Assembly: GCA_000004985.1 (NCBI GenBank)
Contig: GG738911.1
Strand: one strand, 5' to 3'
DNA: 64,000 nt
DNA from: Naegleria gruberi
Lineage: Eukaryota
Position 1 is the first letter of the stretch. Each line of letters opens with the position of its first letter. Below, in pieces: positions 1-11,766 of the stretch. The notes beneath the pieces are model-generated. The model saw nothing but the letters and a program-made list of their open reading frames with translations. It was not told the origin of the DNA and did not search any database. The translations under genes were made by a program, and so were the position numbers.

Positions 1-1108
1 CTTTTTTCGTTTCTGTTCAATAAAACTCAACACTGTTTCGTTTTCTATCAACATTGCTGGATCAAGAATGAATAAAGTTTCTCCCGTTTTCTTGAAAGAT
101 GATGCAGCTTGATACATTTCATACTTGTAATATTCAAGAAAAATCATTCCACTCAACAGATAAAATTCAATACACGATTCAGTTTGATGTATCATCATTA
201 AATATTTCACATCTTTCGAATCTAAAATGATATTATTCTTTTTGAAAAAGTGAATCATTCTTCCTCCAAATATTTGACTGCCACCTTCTTGGTTGTAAAT
301 AATTAGTTCATGAAATTGAGGAGAAACTGAGGCAACAACATTAATCAACTCGACACTATCTATAAATTCAAATATACTACACAACACATTCTCAACCTCA
401 CATAAAATTTGAAATGGATTCGTCTTCTTTTTCGATTTGAAAAACGAAAAGAAATTAAATAATTTCGTTCGTTTTTTCCATGGCCTCATACTTCTGCGCC
501 TTCCCTTCACGTTATTTACCAACATGGAAGGCAAACTAGTAGAAATAAATCGTTCCAAACAAGCCAATTTAAGTGCCTCATTATTATTTCCATATCCATA
601 ACTTCCAACACCAACAATCATTCCATCAAAATTAAAAGCCACCTTTCCACAATTAAAATCCACAACTATTGATCGTCTACACAACTCCAAATTATCAATC
701 ATTGCATTGCCATCCTCATCATAACTATAATTCACAAATTGATTAAGTGGATCAAATCTCAAGTCATCATCAGAATCTGATACTTTACATCGATTCGGAA
801 CAAACCAACCATTAATTTCCTCCTCACCAATCCAAACAATAAACATTCTCCTAATTTTCAATGCATATTTCCCTTTCAATAGCAAATGATTGGAGAGAGA
901 AATTCTCTCCGATCTGTAACCATAGTGATAGACAGTCAATTCATTATTAATTTGCTCGATGGATGATTTTTGAGAATTAATTTGATGAATATTGTTATCA
1001 TCATTGGTCAATCCAAGGATAATGGCAAGGACCTCGATTATGCTCTCCCTGGAAATTGTATTGAGTGCTGTGGATCCGTAATCAAAGCTTCCACCACGAC
1101 AAGGCATT
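1..1108 (-). CDS. hypothetical protein, 5' portion only. The start codon is at 1106-1108 and the gene runs off the left edge of the window.
   Basis: Open reading frame on the minus strand from the ATG (reverse complement 'cat' at 1106-1108, preceded by an A/T run) to position 1 with no stop. The ORF track omits it because it lacks a stop. I recognise no family, for example '...CGKVAFNFDGMIVGVGSYGYGNN...'. Confidence 0.35.
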
Positions 1109-1286
1109 TTTTTTTAGTAAAGTTCTGTTTACAATAAAATTAGTATCTTTAATATTTAATATAGCCTTTTTGTAAACTTTACAATAAAGATTATTGATTG
1201 TTATTGGATGCACTTTTCAAATTGCAACTAGAATTATTTACAAGTTCCAAGTTCATTTGGTCAACTAAAGAAAATACCAAAAAAAA

Positions 1287-2489
1287 ATGCAAACACTTCT
1301 CTTAGATCAATCATTTCAATCCAATTTACTCTCCACTAAAATCAGAGACATTCCTCACCATTTAAAATACCAAACAATCATAGCTCCGATCGTCTCCGGA
1401 GGTTCCGAACATTTAAAGGAAACCATTAAATTTCTCGATACAAGACGAGATTGGTTTACAATTCTCAAATTTATGAATGAACACAATTCGGGTCATAATC
1501 CATTCAGCAATGTTTCCATCAGTTCATTGGGATTTAAATATTCACTAAGTAGCCGCCATGAATTATTTGAAATTTACATCAATTTGGGAAAGGAATTGAA
1601 ATTTGATTCAAATTTTATATTTCAAATAGTTGGAATTAGTCCTGGATTTATTTATAATAATTCTAATGAAGTTATTAGAAATGATAGAGAAGTTGTGTTG
1701 AGATCTGTTAAGGGAGTTGGTTCTATGCTTAGTATTGCTTCTGATAGATTGAAAGATGACAGAGAAATAGTTATGGCAGCTGTCAAGCAAGATGGTGGAA
1801 GTTTAAGATATGCAAATGATAGATTTAAGAGTGATAGAGAACTTGTCCTGTCAGCAGTCAAATCAAGTGGTCATGCTCTTCAATCCGTTCATGAATCATT
1901 AAGGAATGATAGGGAAATTGTAGAGTTGGCAATTTCACATTGTTGGTCATTTCTAGGGAGTGCAGGCGAGGAAATGAAAAACGACAGAGAAATTGTAATG
2001 AAGGCCGTAATGAGAAATGAACAAGGAAGTGCCTTTCAATATGCTAGCAGAGAATTGAAACTAGATAAGAAGTTTGTTTTGGAGGTTGTCAGAAAAAGTA
2101 AGGGATTTGCACTTGAATATGCTCTTGAAGAATTAATTAAGGATAGGGAATTTCTTGTTGAAATATTGGAAATTCCTGAAAGATCTTCCACGGCTATATA
2201 TTCTATAGCGAGATTTATTAAGGATGATAGAGATTTGATATTACTAACTGCTAAATATGATGGATTTATAATCAAATATATTAATGAGGAGTTTAAGAAG
2301 GATAAGGAGATTGTATTTGAAGCTGTCAGTCAAAATATCAATGTTTTTCAACATATTGACAAGTCATTAAGGGATGACAAGGAATTTGTGTTGAGATTGG
2401 CAAGGAAAAATTCAAAGATTATTCAATTTTTGACCAAATCAATGAAGAAAGATCATGAATTTATGTCTCAAATCAATAAATTGAAATAG
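1287..2489 (+). CDS. repeat protein with about ten ~25-aa tandem repeats of consensus D[RK]E[IVF]V[LM]xAVKxxGxxLxxAxxxLKx (DUF4116-like); copy 1 of a duplicated gene
   Basis: 400-aa ORF with an 'aaaaaaaATG' start context. The internal periodicity is visible in the translation (DREVVLRSVKG..., DREIVMAAVKQDGGSL..., DRELVLSAVKSSGHAL..., and so on). It is ~93% identical at protein level to the gene at 42357-43589 on the minus strand. Confidence 0.6.
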   Translation: MQTLLLDQSFQSNLLSTKIRDIPHHLKYQTIIAPIVSGGSEHLKETIKFLDTRRDWFTILKFMNEHNSGHNPFSNVSISSLGFKYSLSSRHELFEIYINLGKELKFDSNFIFQIVGISPGFIYNNSNEVIRNDREVVLRSVKGVGSMLSIASDRLKDDREIVMAAVKQDGGSLRYANDRFKSDRELVLSAVKSSGHALQSVHESLRNDREIVELAISHCWSFLGSAGEEMKNDREIVMKAVMRNEQGSAFQYASRELKLDKKFVLEVVRKSKGFALEYALEELIKDREFLVEILEIPERSSTAIYSIARFIKDDRDLILLTAKYDGFIIKYINEEFKKDKEIVFEAVSQNINVFQHIDKSLRDDKEFVLRLARKNSKIIQFLTKSMKKDHEFMSQINKLK

Positions 2490-2513
2490 ATTGATTAGTA
2501 AACTTGGTCAAAA

Positions 2514-2586
2514 CAGATACAAGAGGAATCGAACCTCTGACCTGCAGATTTGGAGTCTACTGCTCTCCCTGCTGAGCTACACATCT
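2514..2586 (-). tRNA. tRNA-Trp (anticodon CCA)
   Basis: The reverse complement folds as a cloverleaf:
- acceptor AGATGTG/TGTATCT, with three G-U pairs
- D arm GCTC-AGCAGGGA-GAGC
- anticodon stem GTAGA/TCTGC with loop CU-CCA-AA
- variable loop AGGTC
- T arm AGAGG-TTCGATT-CCTCT, a GGTTCGATTCC B box
- discriminator G
A TTTT run follows the 3' end, consistent with a Pol III terminator. Confidence 0.7.
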
Positions 2587-2759
2587 GTTAATTTGAAATT
2601 TAAAATATTTGAGTGTATGACAAAACTGGAAATCCATAGTAAATTTCAAAGTGCATCAAATTTTATTGTGTGACAGAACACAGTAGGGTGTTCTATCGAA
2701 TATTTGTAAATAAATTAAGTTTCTTAGGTTTCCATTAGGTGGTTAGAAGAGTAATATCT

Positions 2760-3806
2760 TTAAATATTTGCTGAAATACTACCATGATTGATTTCTTCAA
2801 AGGTGATACCTTCATTCTTCAAATATTCCAAAACGGCTGGCTTAATCTTTGGTCCCTTTTCATCAGAGTGATTACCTGCACCATAAATAATGGTCAACTT
2901 TGGTTGTTTTTCACCTCTCAATTTTTCAATTCTCTTCTTCAAAAAGTCCATAGCATTGTCAACATATTGACCATGCAAATCAATTTCCAAATCACCCTTA
3001 TCCTTATTCAAATGTTCAAACATTGTGTTGGCAGATTCTTGTTGATACTTCTTCATCAATTCTTGATGTTGTTTTCCTTCTTCAGACAATTGCTTAGAGA
3101 GACCACCATCACCACTTTCGTAGGCCTTCTTGGCTCTTTCGAAACAATCGGACATCAATTTAGATTCTTCGGAAATCTTCTTTTCCAATTCCTTGAACAT
3201 TTTCATAGCATCGGTATCATGTTCAACAAATTGATTTTCCTTGGCATCGAATTCCCAACCGTACTTCTTCAATTCGGCCATAATACGATCATAACAGGCC
3301 TTTGGATTGGCTGATTGTTCAATGGTAATATGCTTGGAATCATCATCAGAGTCTTTAACATTAATTCTTGATGAAGTTTCCTCTTGTAATTGCTTGATGG
3401 TTGAACCCTTTGGACCAATAATAAACTTGGCAATAACAGCAGGCTTGAGAACGAATGAATTAGTAGCTTCATCAAAGTTAGAGGCAGCAACAGATGGAGT
3501 AGTGGTAGTAGCCTTTGGTGGTTCGGCCACAGCCTTCTTCTCCTCAACTACAACATCAGTAGTCTTGATTGGTTCGGCTGGTTTGGTTACTTCTGGCTTT
3601 TTAGTTGGTTCTTCAACAATGGCAGGTTGTTCGGAAGCCTTAGTTGTAGTAGTGGCAGCAGCAGTTGTTGATGTACTTGTGGAAGTAGTGGCAGCAGTTG
3701 TTGTTGCTGGTTCCTTCTTGGTTTCTTCCAATCTCTTGTTATTATTCTTCGACTTGTTGTTGGTGGAGGATGAAGATTCCTTTTGTCCTGAAAAACAATT
3801 GCCCAT
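2760..3806 (-). CDS. N-myristoylation-signal protein with a KH domain, a DUF1771-like coiled region and a C-terminal Smr (small MutS-related) domain
   Basis: 348-aa ORF starting MGNCFSG, the MGxxxS myristoylation consensus plus Cys4. The KH core is 'IIGPKGSTIKQLQEETSSRI'. The C-terminus, 'IDLHGQYVDNAMDFLKKRIEKL...LTIIYGAGNHSDEKGPKIKPAVLEYLKNEGITFEEIN', matches the Smr pattern LDLHG...GxGxHS...IKPAV. The N-terminal T/A/S-rich tract is encoded by trinucleotide-like repeats. Confidence 0.7.
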   Translation of the reverse strand: MGNCFSGQKESSSSTNNKSKNNNKRLEETKKEPATTTAATTSTSTSTTAAATTTTKASEQPAIVEEPTKKPEVTKPAEPIKTTDVVVEEKKAVAEPPKATTTTPSVAASNFDEATNSFVLKPAVIAKFIIGPKGSTIKQLQEETSSRINVKDSDDDSKHITIEQSANPKACYDRIMAELKKYGWEFDAKENQFVEHDTDAMKMFKELEKKISEESKLMSDCFERAKKAYESGDGGLSKQLSEEGKQHQELMKKYQQESANTMFEHLNKDKGDLEIDLHGQYVDNAMDFLKKRIEKLRGEKQPKLTIIYGAGNHSDEKGPKIKPAVLEYLKNEGITFEEINHGSISANI

Positions 3807-4832
3807 TTCTTCTTATTAATGTTTTGAGTTTTGAGTTTTTTTTCAAACAAATTTTGAATGGATTTTTTTTAAAGTCGCGATCTTGATCCCAAATTGTCTT
3901 GTGCCAAACTCAAAGAATAATTTGGATGACACATGTCAACTTGAATTAGCTAGAAAAAAAACGATAATTGATAAATTGATAATAGGAGCAGTAAGACGGC
4001 CAATAACAGATGATGCTATCAAAAGTTTTCGACTCAACGGATAGGATGACAATGGGCAATCCTCATTGTAAAAAAACTTCAAGTATTCGTTGATGATGAT
4101 GATATTTATTCTCATCACAACATCTGGGCTGTAAAATTATTTACTTGTGTGGAAATTAATTGACGAGCAAAATTTGTTGGAAAGAATTAGATTAATGGTT
4201 CAACTCATTTCGGAGATTCATCAATTTATTATTTTCTAATTATTTACTTAGTGGTTCATGAAATTTTAAATTGTAGTCACGAGATGGAAACATTTGGAAA
4301 GGCAATTGCAAACAACAAGTACTGCATTGTTGGATCCACATGGTTATATATGGCCATTAAATAAGTCTCTCTTGTTCTTAATTTCCTCATCACCATATAT
4401 ATGTTTCATTGAATCCAAAGTCTTTTTATCTCAGTACATCCAACTGCACATCAATCTTCAAAAAAACAAAGATCCCATTTAGCCACAATCTCTGAGTGCC
4501 AAGTGTCATCTCCATATAGAGATGTTAACAACCGGAAAAGCTCAAAAACCGTATCTGGCCAATTTTATGTTTTTACTTTTAGATATAAGTTGCGCACGCA
4601 AAAGTGTTTTTGCCTTAATACCTTTGGCGCCAAGTCAGCACTGCACTTTTTTATGGAGAGTTTTTGCAAGCGTAAATTTATATATTATACTTTCAGAAAA
4701 AAAACCTGAACCACCGACGAGGAGGAAAATAGCCAACAACATAAGCCTCTCATTATTATATTATTATTATAATTATTATTACTTTGAAGTCTACATTTTA
4801 TACTTTGGTATTTCAAATTTGATAGTTTAAAA

Positions 4833-7800
4833 ATGGCGCCAACAGCATCTGTGATTGGTGGAAGCAGTGCCATCATGTCTGAGTCAAATTCAACCTCGGA
4901 TAGTGGAAATAACTCAGATATGTCCAATACAATAGTACAACTGAAAAATAGGATTAGAGATGAGAGTTTTCACTTTTTATTTTCAATGCAGAGAAATGAA
5001 CGAATTAAGGGTAACAAGACATTCTCTTTCCTTTTGATATTTTATATTATATTCTTTTGGAGTTATATTTGGGCACCAGTGTTGAGCCCAACAGATTTTA
5101 ATTTTGGATTGTGGGGATCATGGATATTGACTGTGATTAATTATCCAACAACATATTCGCTGGATTTGATACCCTATGTTGGAGTGATAGTTTTGTCAGC
5201 ATTTAGTATGCTCTTAATAGTATCTTATTTTGTTATTTTTATAGTTAGTATTAGGGCTGTTAAGACCTCATCACAGTACGTGAAAAAGATTAAGAAATTC
5301 CTTAATTACTCATCGATGGCCATGCTATTGTTGGCCATTCCGATGGCTTTCATACTAACGAGTTTTGTGGATTGCGACCATGGCTATGGGCGGTCAAACT
5401 TACTAAGAGAAACAATCACGCTCTCTACTAATACTAACTCTCACTATGAAAACTTTCTATATCAGAATGGTGTAAAGAGTTCCAATTCTTCTATCAATCT
5501 AAATTCCTCACCTTCATCAACATTAACACTCAATAGATTTCCAGCTGAATCCATTGTGTGTTACACTCTTGGAAATACCATACTTGTAGCAGTGACACTT
5601 ACTTTCTATTTGATTTTAATATTCTTGACCGTCCTTTCTTCCACACTGATACCGAACTCTCATCCACTTAGCTATGCTCCAATGATTGTTGACAATCCTA
5701 TCTTTCTTCCATTATTTTTCGTTCTTCATTTGTTTGGTATTTTGATTCACTTTCTCATTCCACCTCATTTTTCCTTTATTAGATCAATAGTGCATGTGCT
5801 ATTTTCATTGGTGGGAATATGGTTTGTAAAGAGTAAGGTACCAATGATGAGGCGATTCGAGAATTCCATTGTTTCAGCTGTAGCCTTTGGTAAATTGGGA
5901 TCTTCTATTGGAGGAATTGTTTGTTCTTTAGCCAATAATTTACACGGTAATGAGTTAGGTGTTGGTCTTACTGGAATGACTATTGTACTAGTTTTAGTAT
6001 TTGCCTTGATTGGATATGTTACAATGGAGATTTATACGAGATATGTTATCAAGACGATAAAATCAAGATATTTAACTTTATTGGGAGAGGGTAGCTTGGA
6101 GAGAGAAGCTGGTGGCATTTTCCAACAATTGGAAGAACAAGAGAATGTTGAATTATTGGATTTGTATGGAAAGTTTGTAATGATGAGTAATGCTAAATCA
6201 TTCAGACTTTACAGAAAGGAAATTGTAACCAGTACAGATTTACAAGAGCTCATTGGATTTATCAGAGGCATTTCAACACAAAAAACTGTACAACATGTGA
6301 ATTTGTTGCTGACATCAGCAAGTTTGGTTGCTTATTTCATTCCAGACGAATCAAACTCGACTGTTTTTGCCAATGCCCTAATCAAGAGAGCCGTAAAGCA
6401 ACATCCAAGTACCTATTTCAAATACAAGATTGGCCAGAAAGCAAAGGAAGTTGAAGTTTATGCTTCGGAACAACTTCGAGGTGCAAAGAATATGATTGAA
6501 CTTAAATCAATTTTGAGAAATATTGAAAAACAAACTACAGAGCTTACCTCTCTTCATAGACACTACTTTAAAGAACTAATGCAAGGTATGTTATTGGTAT
6601 ATTTAATAATTACTAAATTACTTCTTAAAGAAATGATAAATTACAAAAAGGTAGAACAAATTCTTCATAGAGCAGCCGTTTTAACAGGGAGCTTGGATAG
6701 TATCTTTGATAATATTTTAAGATTATATTATAATGACAAAACTGTTTTAAGAACATATGCTTCATATATGGAGTCTTTTAAATTCAATAGAGAAATAGCT
6801 CAAGAATATTATGGTGAAGCAATGATGCTGGAAGATGAAGAGTCTCAGGCAGTTAGAAAGCCACCAACCTATATCACAGCTTTGAAAAAGAGATCTAATA
6901 CTGTAACTTCATTATCAGAATCAATTGTTGATACTGATAATTCGAGAAGAAAGATGTTAAACTCGGTAGCTTTCAATAACATTGTAAACGAGCTCAGCGA
7001 ACCATCTGTGGCTAGTATTGAAAACTTTGAGGGTATAGAAAATCAAAACGAAGCTAAAAGAGAGCTGGTTTACAGAACAGCATTAGAAAGTCACGGTTCT
7101 AGAGCCATGCCATTGATATTTTTCAGTGTGTTTATCCTTTTTTCGCTTGCTTTGATAGCTGTCGGTTTGGGTGTTGGTTATTCTTTCAGTTTAGCTGTCA
7201 CTGAAAATGTGGTAAATGTTATTGATGCATGTTCTCCAATAGCTTCCCTTACCAATCTTATTATTACCTTGAGAGGATTCCAGGCAACTCAAAATTTGTT
7301 GGATATGGGTGTTACTTTGCAACCAACATTAACCAATAGAATTTATTCTGATATGACAAATACCAAATCTACTGTTAAAACTTTGGCTCAACTCTTGACA
7401 AATTTACAACAAAAAGCATATGACGCCAAGTTAACAGAATTGGTTTATTCTAGATATCATGAATATTATTATACTATTCTAATACCTTTGGCTTCAAATA
7501 GGTCAAGTATCTCAGAAAAGTTTTATTTCGCTACTACAGAACAGAATGTTACCATAACAGATATTAACAATGTTCTGCTCAAAATTACTACTCAATTATT
7601 GACAGCATCGAAAGAGGATTTGATGAAAACAGTGTCCAGTTATGAGTACATGTATCTCTACAGAAATCAAGAAAAAATCACAAGAGCTTATTCTGATTTT
7701 TGTAAAATATTCATGATTTCAGCCAAAGATGATGCAGTAACAATTAACACAATATTTACATATTACATTTCCTTTTCATTGAGTGTATATATAGTCTTTG

Positions 7801-10116
7801 GATTTATTTTCTTAATAATTCAATATAGATATTTATCTGGTGTTAAGAAACAAATCAAACTAATGCAAGAAAATGTATCCAAGAATGAAATTGGTAAATT
7901 ATTCCATGATTTGGGAAAGAAAGTAAGCGATGATACTCATTTGAGGGCTTCCAGGAATGCTTTATTGACACCAAAAAACTTGTTTTCTTTGTTTGGATTT
8001 TTAACCATTGTAATTGTTTCAATTTGTTGTGGTATTTACTTGAGTGAAACTTTAGGAAATTCTACATACAGTTTTGAATCATACGTTACCATGGAAGATG
8101 GTTTTGATGCCATGTCATACTTACAGCATACCACATTTGCAATTTCAGAGGTATTTATTCATGCTGTGAATGCAAAGTTCAATGTCAGTGAGAGCAGTTA
8201 TGCTCTTCTTGGGAATAGTGATATTGAACTAATGGCCACTGGATTTACAACTACTGTGAAATCATTGAGATACTATTGGAATTTATGTATGTATGGATCG
8301 GCTGTAAAGGCCTATGAAACCCTTGTTGTGGGAATGTTTACTGAAACAGATGACATGATAAGAGGAGAGGTTAATTGTGATATCGAGGCTTCTTTAAAGA
8401 CTTTTGAAAAAATCAAATCCTCTGGAAATTCTACAACTTATTGTAAAATGGGTGTTGACTACATGGTACAAGATATTATTCTAAAATGTTCTAATTTGAA
8501 AGAGGATATCAAGACCTTACCGCAACTGAGCAATTTCAAATCTACTAGCTTGAATTTTTTCAATGAGTTTTATAGTATTGCCTATCTTACCAATGCAGTG
8601 TCTATGAAATTGATAGATTTCTCAAATGTTTTTGCTGTTAAATCCGCCACTCCAAGAACAGAACAAATGATTTCTTTAGCGATTATTGCCTTGATTTTGA
8701 GTTCCACCTTTTTCGGTATAATGTACTATTCTATTGATACCTATTGGAAAGATTCTCATATTGCAAGATCATTATTTAACTATCTTTCAATTGATACATT
8801 GGAATCCAATGAAATAATTAAGAATTACGTTCTCTATCACACCACAAATGATGGTATTAAGAGAAAGAAGAAGAGCACTGAAGAATCCAAAGTGAATGCC
8901 ATTTTGAATGCTGCAGTTGATGGAGTTGTTGTTTGTGATGCTCAATTCTGGGTAAAGAGTTTCAACCCAGCTGCTTCCAGAATGTTTGGAGCTCAACAAG
9001 AAGAGTTTGTGAATAAGCCAATCTATTGTTTGATGACTCCTTGGTTCCATGACGATGTTCGTAAATTCCTGAATGCTTCCAAGAACAATACTAGTCTCAA
9101 TGACGCCAAATCAGCATCATTTGAAGTGGATTGTGTCAGAACAAATCTTTCAACATTCTCAGCAAGAATTAACCTTTTCATTACCGTTTTTGATAAGAAA
9201 CCAATTGTTACATGTTTCATTAAGGATATTACTTCAGAGAAGAAGCACAACTCACTTCTTCAAGAAGAAAGAAAGCACTCTGAAGATCTCTTGCTTAACA
9301 TTTTACCAAGTGCTGTTGCCACAAAATTGAAAGGAGGAGCCAGCTTGATTGCTGAGAAATTCCCAGATGTAACATGTTTCTTCTCTGATATGGTTGGATT
9401 TACGGCATTATCTTCTAAAATGGGTCCTAATGACCTAGTTCAAATGTTGAATACTATTGTTATTGGATTTGATGATTTAATGGATGTTTATCACCTTGAA
9501 AAGATTAAAACTATTGGTGATGCCTATTTCTGTGCAGGGTATGTTGTTTATATTAATTAATATATACTAATAATTATTCAGAGGTCTTCATGATTTGAAT
9601 GCCCAATCTGATCACCCTGAGAGAACTTTGAGATTTGCTATTGATACATTTGGAGTTATTAGAAATTATAACTTGAAATTTAGAAGAAACAATTTGAAGG
9701 AACAAATTAACATTAGAATTGGTATTAATACTGGGCCAGTTGTTGCTGGTGTCATTGGACGTAAGAAGTTTGCCTACGATTTGTGGGGTGACTCTATTAA
9801 TACAGCCTCTAGAATGGAATCAAATTCCAAGCCAGGAAGAATTCAAGTTTCCAGATCTACTTATGAAAGAGTTTTTGATTTAGGACTTGTTTTTGAGGAA
9901 AGAAAAATTGAAGTGAAAGGAAAGGGAATGTGTCAAACCTATTTGTTGGATGCTAAGCACCATACATCTGCTATAATTACAGAAGAGGATGTAAAAAACT
10001 CTGCTGATAAAGAAACCAAATCTGAGATTGCTGCACACACCGCTCCAATTGATAATCACGAATTGGAGATTGAGTTAGTACCAAAAACACCAAAAGGTGA
10101 AGTTGAAAATCAATAA
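4833..10116 (+). CDS. multi-pass membrane class III adenylyl cyclase with a PAS domain
   Basis: Two exons: join(4833..9538, 9582..10116). The intron at 9539-9581 runs gtatgt...ttattcag, is phase 2, and joins '...IGDAYFCAG' to 'GLHDLNAQSD...'. Two hydrophobic clusters of about 6 TM each lie at aa 60-400 and ~750-1180. A PAS-like segment is 'AVDGVVVCDAQFWVKSFNPAASRMFG'. The cyclase core is 'FFSDMVGFTAL...KIKTIGDAYF...IRIGINTGPVVAGVIG...YDLWGDSINTASRMES'. The specificity positions read Lys (KIKTIGDAY) and Asp (YDLWGDS), the adenylyl-type pair. More 5' exons cannot be excluded. Confidence 0.75.
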
Positions 10117-10293
10117 ATTATTAGGATTTTATTTCTATTAGAATTAAAATACTAACCAATTGAAGAACAACCACTCTCATCATCGAATTTAACATTTACA
10201 ATTTCAAAATTGATTAATGATTTTTATTAAATTGTGTCACCTCAAATTGCTTTAGTCTTTTTATGTCCTCTGCATCAAAATGAAATGCTTCGT

Positions 10294-11766
10294 CTACTTT
10301 TCTCTTCTNNNNNNNNNNNNNNNNNNNNNNNNNNNNNNNNNNNNNNNNNNNNNNNNNNNNNNNNNNNNNNNNNNNNNNNNNNNNNNNNNNNNNNNNNNNN
10401 NNNNNNNNNNNNNNNNNNNNNNNNNNNNNNNNNNNNNNNNNNNNNNNNNNNNNNNNNNNNNNNNNNNNNNNNNNNNNNNNNNNNNNNNNNNNNNNNNNNN
10501 NNNNNNNNNNNNNNNNNNNNNNNNNNNNNNNNNNNNNNNNNNNNNNNNNNNNNNNNNNNNNNNNNNNNNNNNNNNNNNNNNNNNNNNNNNNNNNNNNNNN
10601 NNNNNNNNNNNNNNNNNNNNNNNNNNNNNNNNNNNNNNNNNNNNNNNNNNNNNNNNNNNNNNNNNNNNNNNNNNNNNNNNNNNNNNNNNNNNNNNNNNNN
10701 NNNNNNNNNNNNNNNNNNNNNNNNNNNNNNNNNNNNNNNNNNNNNNNNNNNNNNNNNNNNNNNNNNNNNNNNNNNNNNATTGATAGAGGGATTCTTTGGT
10801 AATGTTCACATTTGTTTGAGGCGAATTGGATTGATTAGGAATATTATTAACATGTGATGTAAAATCTCCCAAAGGAACTTGTTTTTGTTGGAATAATTGT
10901 TGTGGATTATTTTGAGGGGATTGGTTGTAAACCATTTGATTCTGGTTCACCTTAAAGTTATCCATGTTCATTTGTTGAGATGGTTTTTGTGGAGAGAATG
11001 TTCCTTGATTGAAGAATTGAGTGTCTGGAGAATGTGAATGTTGCATCGAACCATTGGGTATGTTCTTGTCCATTGTTGCAGATTGGTAATTGGTATTATT
11101 TTGGCCATTACCGTTGGTGCTATTGTTAAGCATCATGTTCATGTTATTTCCATTAGATGGAACTTTTTGATTCATTTGATTCATCACTTGTGTTTGATTC
11201 ATTCTTGTCGGAGATGCCATCATTTGATTAAAGTTCTGTTGTTGTGGTTGCTTTTGGAGGAATGTATTATTTGGATTGTTATTACTGGTGTTTGCATTAG
11301 ATCCTCCTCCATTATTTAAAGAGGTAGTAGGTAAGGTATTATGGAAATCAAAGGATTGATATTGTTGTTGCGGAGTTAACTCATCATTATATGATTGGAA
11401 GAGTCTATCATTTTCTAAATTAACCTTATTCGAGACCGAGGCATGGATCATTTGTTGTTGATGAATGTTATTCATCATGTTTTGGGAAGCCTTTTGGTAG
11501 TGGTTTTGAGGAGAGTGGAGATTATTCATTACGTTGTTAGAATTACTCGTATAGTTGTTGGTGTTATTCATGTTCGATAAATGGAGATTGTTATTAATAT
11601 TGTTATTTGTATTATTATTGTTTTGGAGGTGATGATGATAGGAGGATGAAGAACCTTGTTGATGTTGTTGTTGAGACGTGTTATTGTTCGAGGAGGAGCT
11701 ACTAAGGGATAATTGAGGTGGTAGTTTTAAGAGTGGATTATGATGACCTTGTTCCATCGAAGACAT
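10294..11766 (-). CDS. Gln/Asn-rich low-complexity (prion-like) protein. The 3' part is interrupted by the assembly gap.
   Basis: ORF starts at the ATG at 11764-11766 (MSSMEQGHHNPLLKLPP...) and runs into the N-gap. Composition is dominated by N, Q and S, encoded by AAT/CAA-type repeats. I recognise no domain. Confidence 0.4.
   Translation of the reverse strand: MSSMEQGHHNPLLKLPPQLSLSSSSSNNNTSQQQHQQGSSSSYHHHLQNNNNTNNNINNNLHLSNMNNTNNYTSNSNNVMNNLHSPQNHYQKASQNMMNNIHQQQMIHASVSNKVNLENDRLFQSYNDELTPQQQYQSFDFHNTLPTTSLNNGGGSNANTSNNNPNNTFLQKQPQQQNFNQMMASPTRMNQTQVMNQMNQKVPSNGNNMNMMLNNSTNGNGQNNTNYQSATMDKNIPNGSMQHSHSPDTQFFNQGTFSPQKPSQQMNMDNFKVNQNQMVYNQSPQNNPQQLFQQKQVPLGDFTSHVNNIPNQSNSPQTNVNITKESLYQXXXXXXXXXXXXXXXXXXXXXXXXXXXXXXXXXXXXXXXXXXXXXXXXXXXXXXXXXXXXXXXXXXXXXXXXXXXXXXXXXXXXXXXXXXXXXXXXXXXXXXXXXXXXXXXXXXXXXXXXXXXXXXXXXXXXXXXXXXXXXXXXXXXXXXXXXXXXXRREK
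10309..10778. other. assembly gap (470 N)
   Basis: Run of N. Confidence 0.95.

Noticed and set aside
1652-1861. Antisense ORFs inside the repeat-protein genes (1608-1790, 1652-1861, 2036-2275, 42985-43194, 43056-43238) that are conserved between the two copies
   Set aside because: They are conserved only because the whole gene is duplicated at DNA level. They overlap a strongly periodic sense-strand CDS and have no start context.
3307-3819. 170-aa antisense ORF opposite the KH/Smr gene, plus other long antisense ORFs (2784-3314, 38413-38829, 39173-39895, 36589-36873, 48218-48825)
   Set aside because: These are mirror-image low-complexity frames, with Leu/Phe-rich products opposite Lys-rich genes (AAG against CTT) and similar effects. 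The sense-strand genes have clear domains and the antisense frames have none.
4294-4830. Small ORFs upstream of the cyclase gene (4294-4482, 4503-4709, 4522-4830) and an snRNA-like look to 4590-4690
   Set aside because: There is no start context and no domain. I compared by eye against U1/U2/U4/U5/U6 consensus and found no match. The region is most likely the cyclase 5'UTR or promoter.
10309-10778. Long ORFs of poly-X through the N runs (10234-10857, 10280-10783, 59687-59989)
   Set aside because: They are artefacts of translating assembly gaps.
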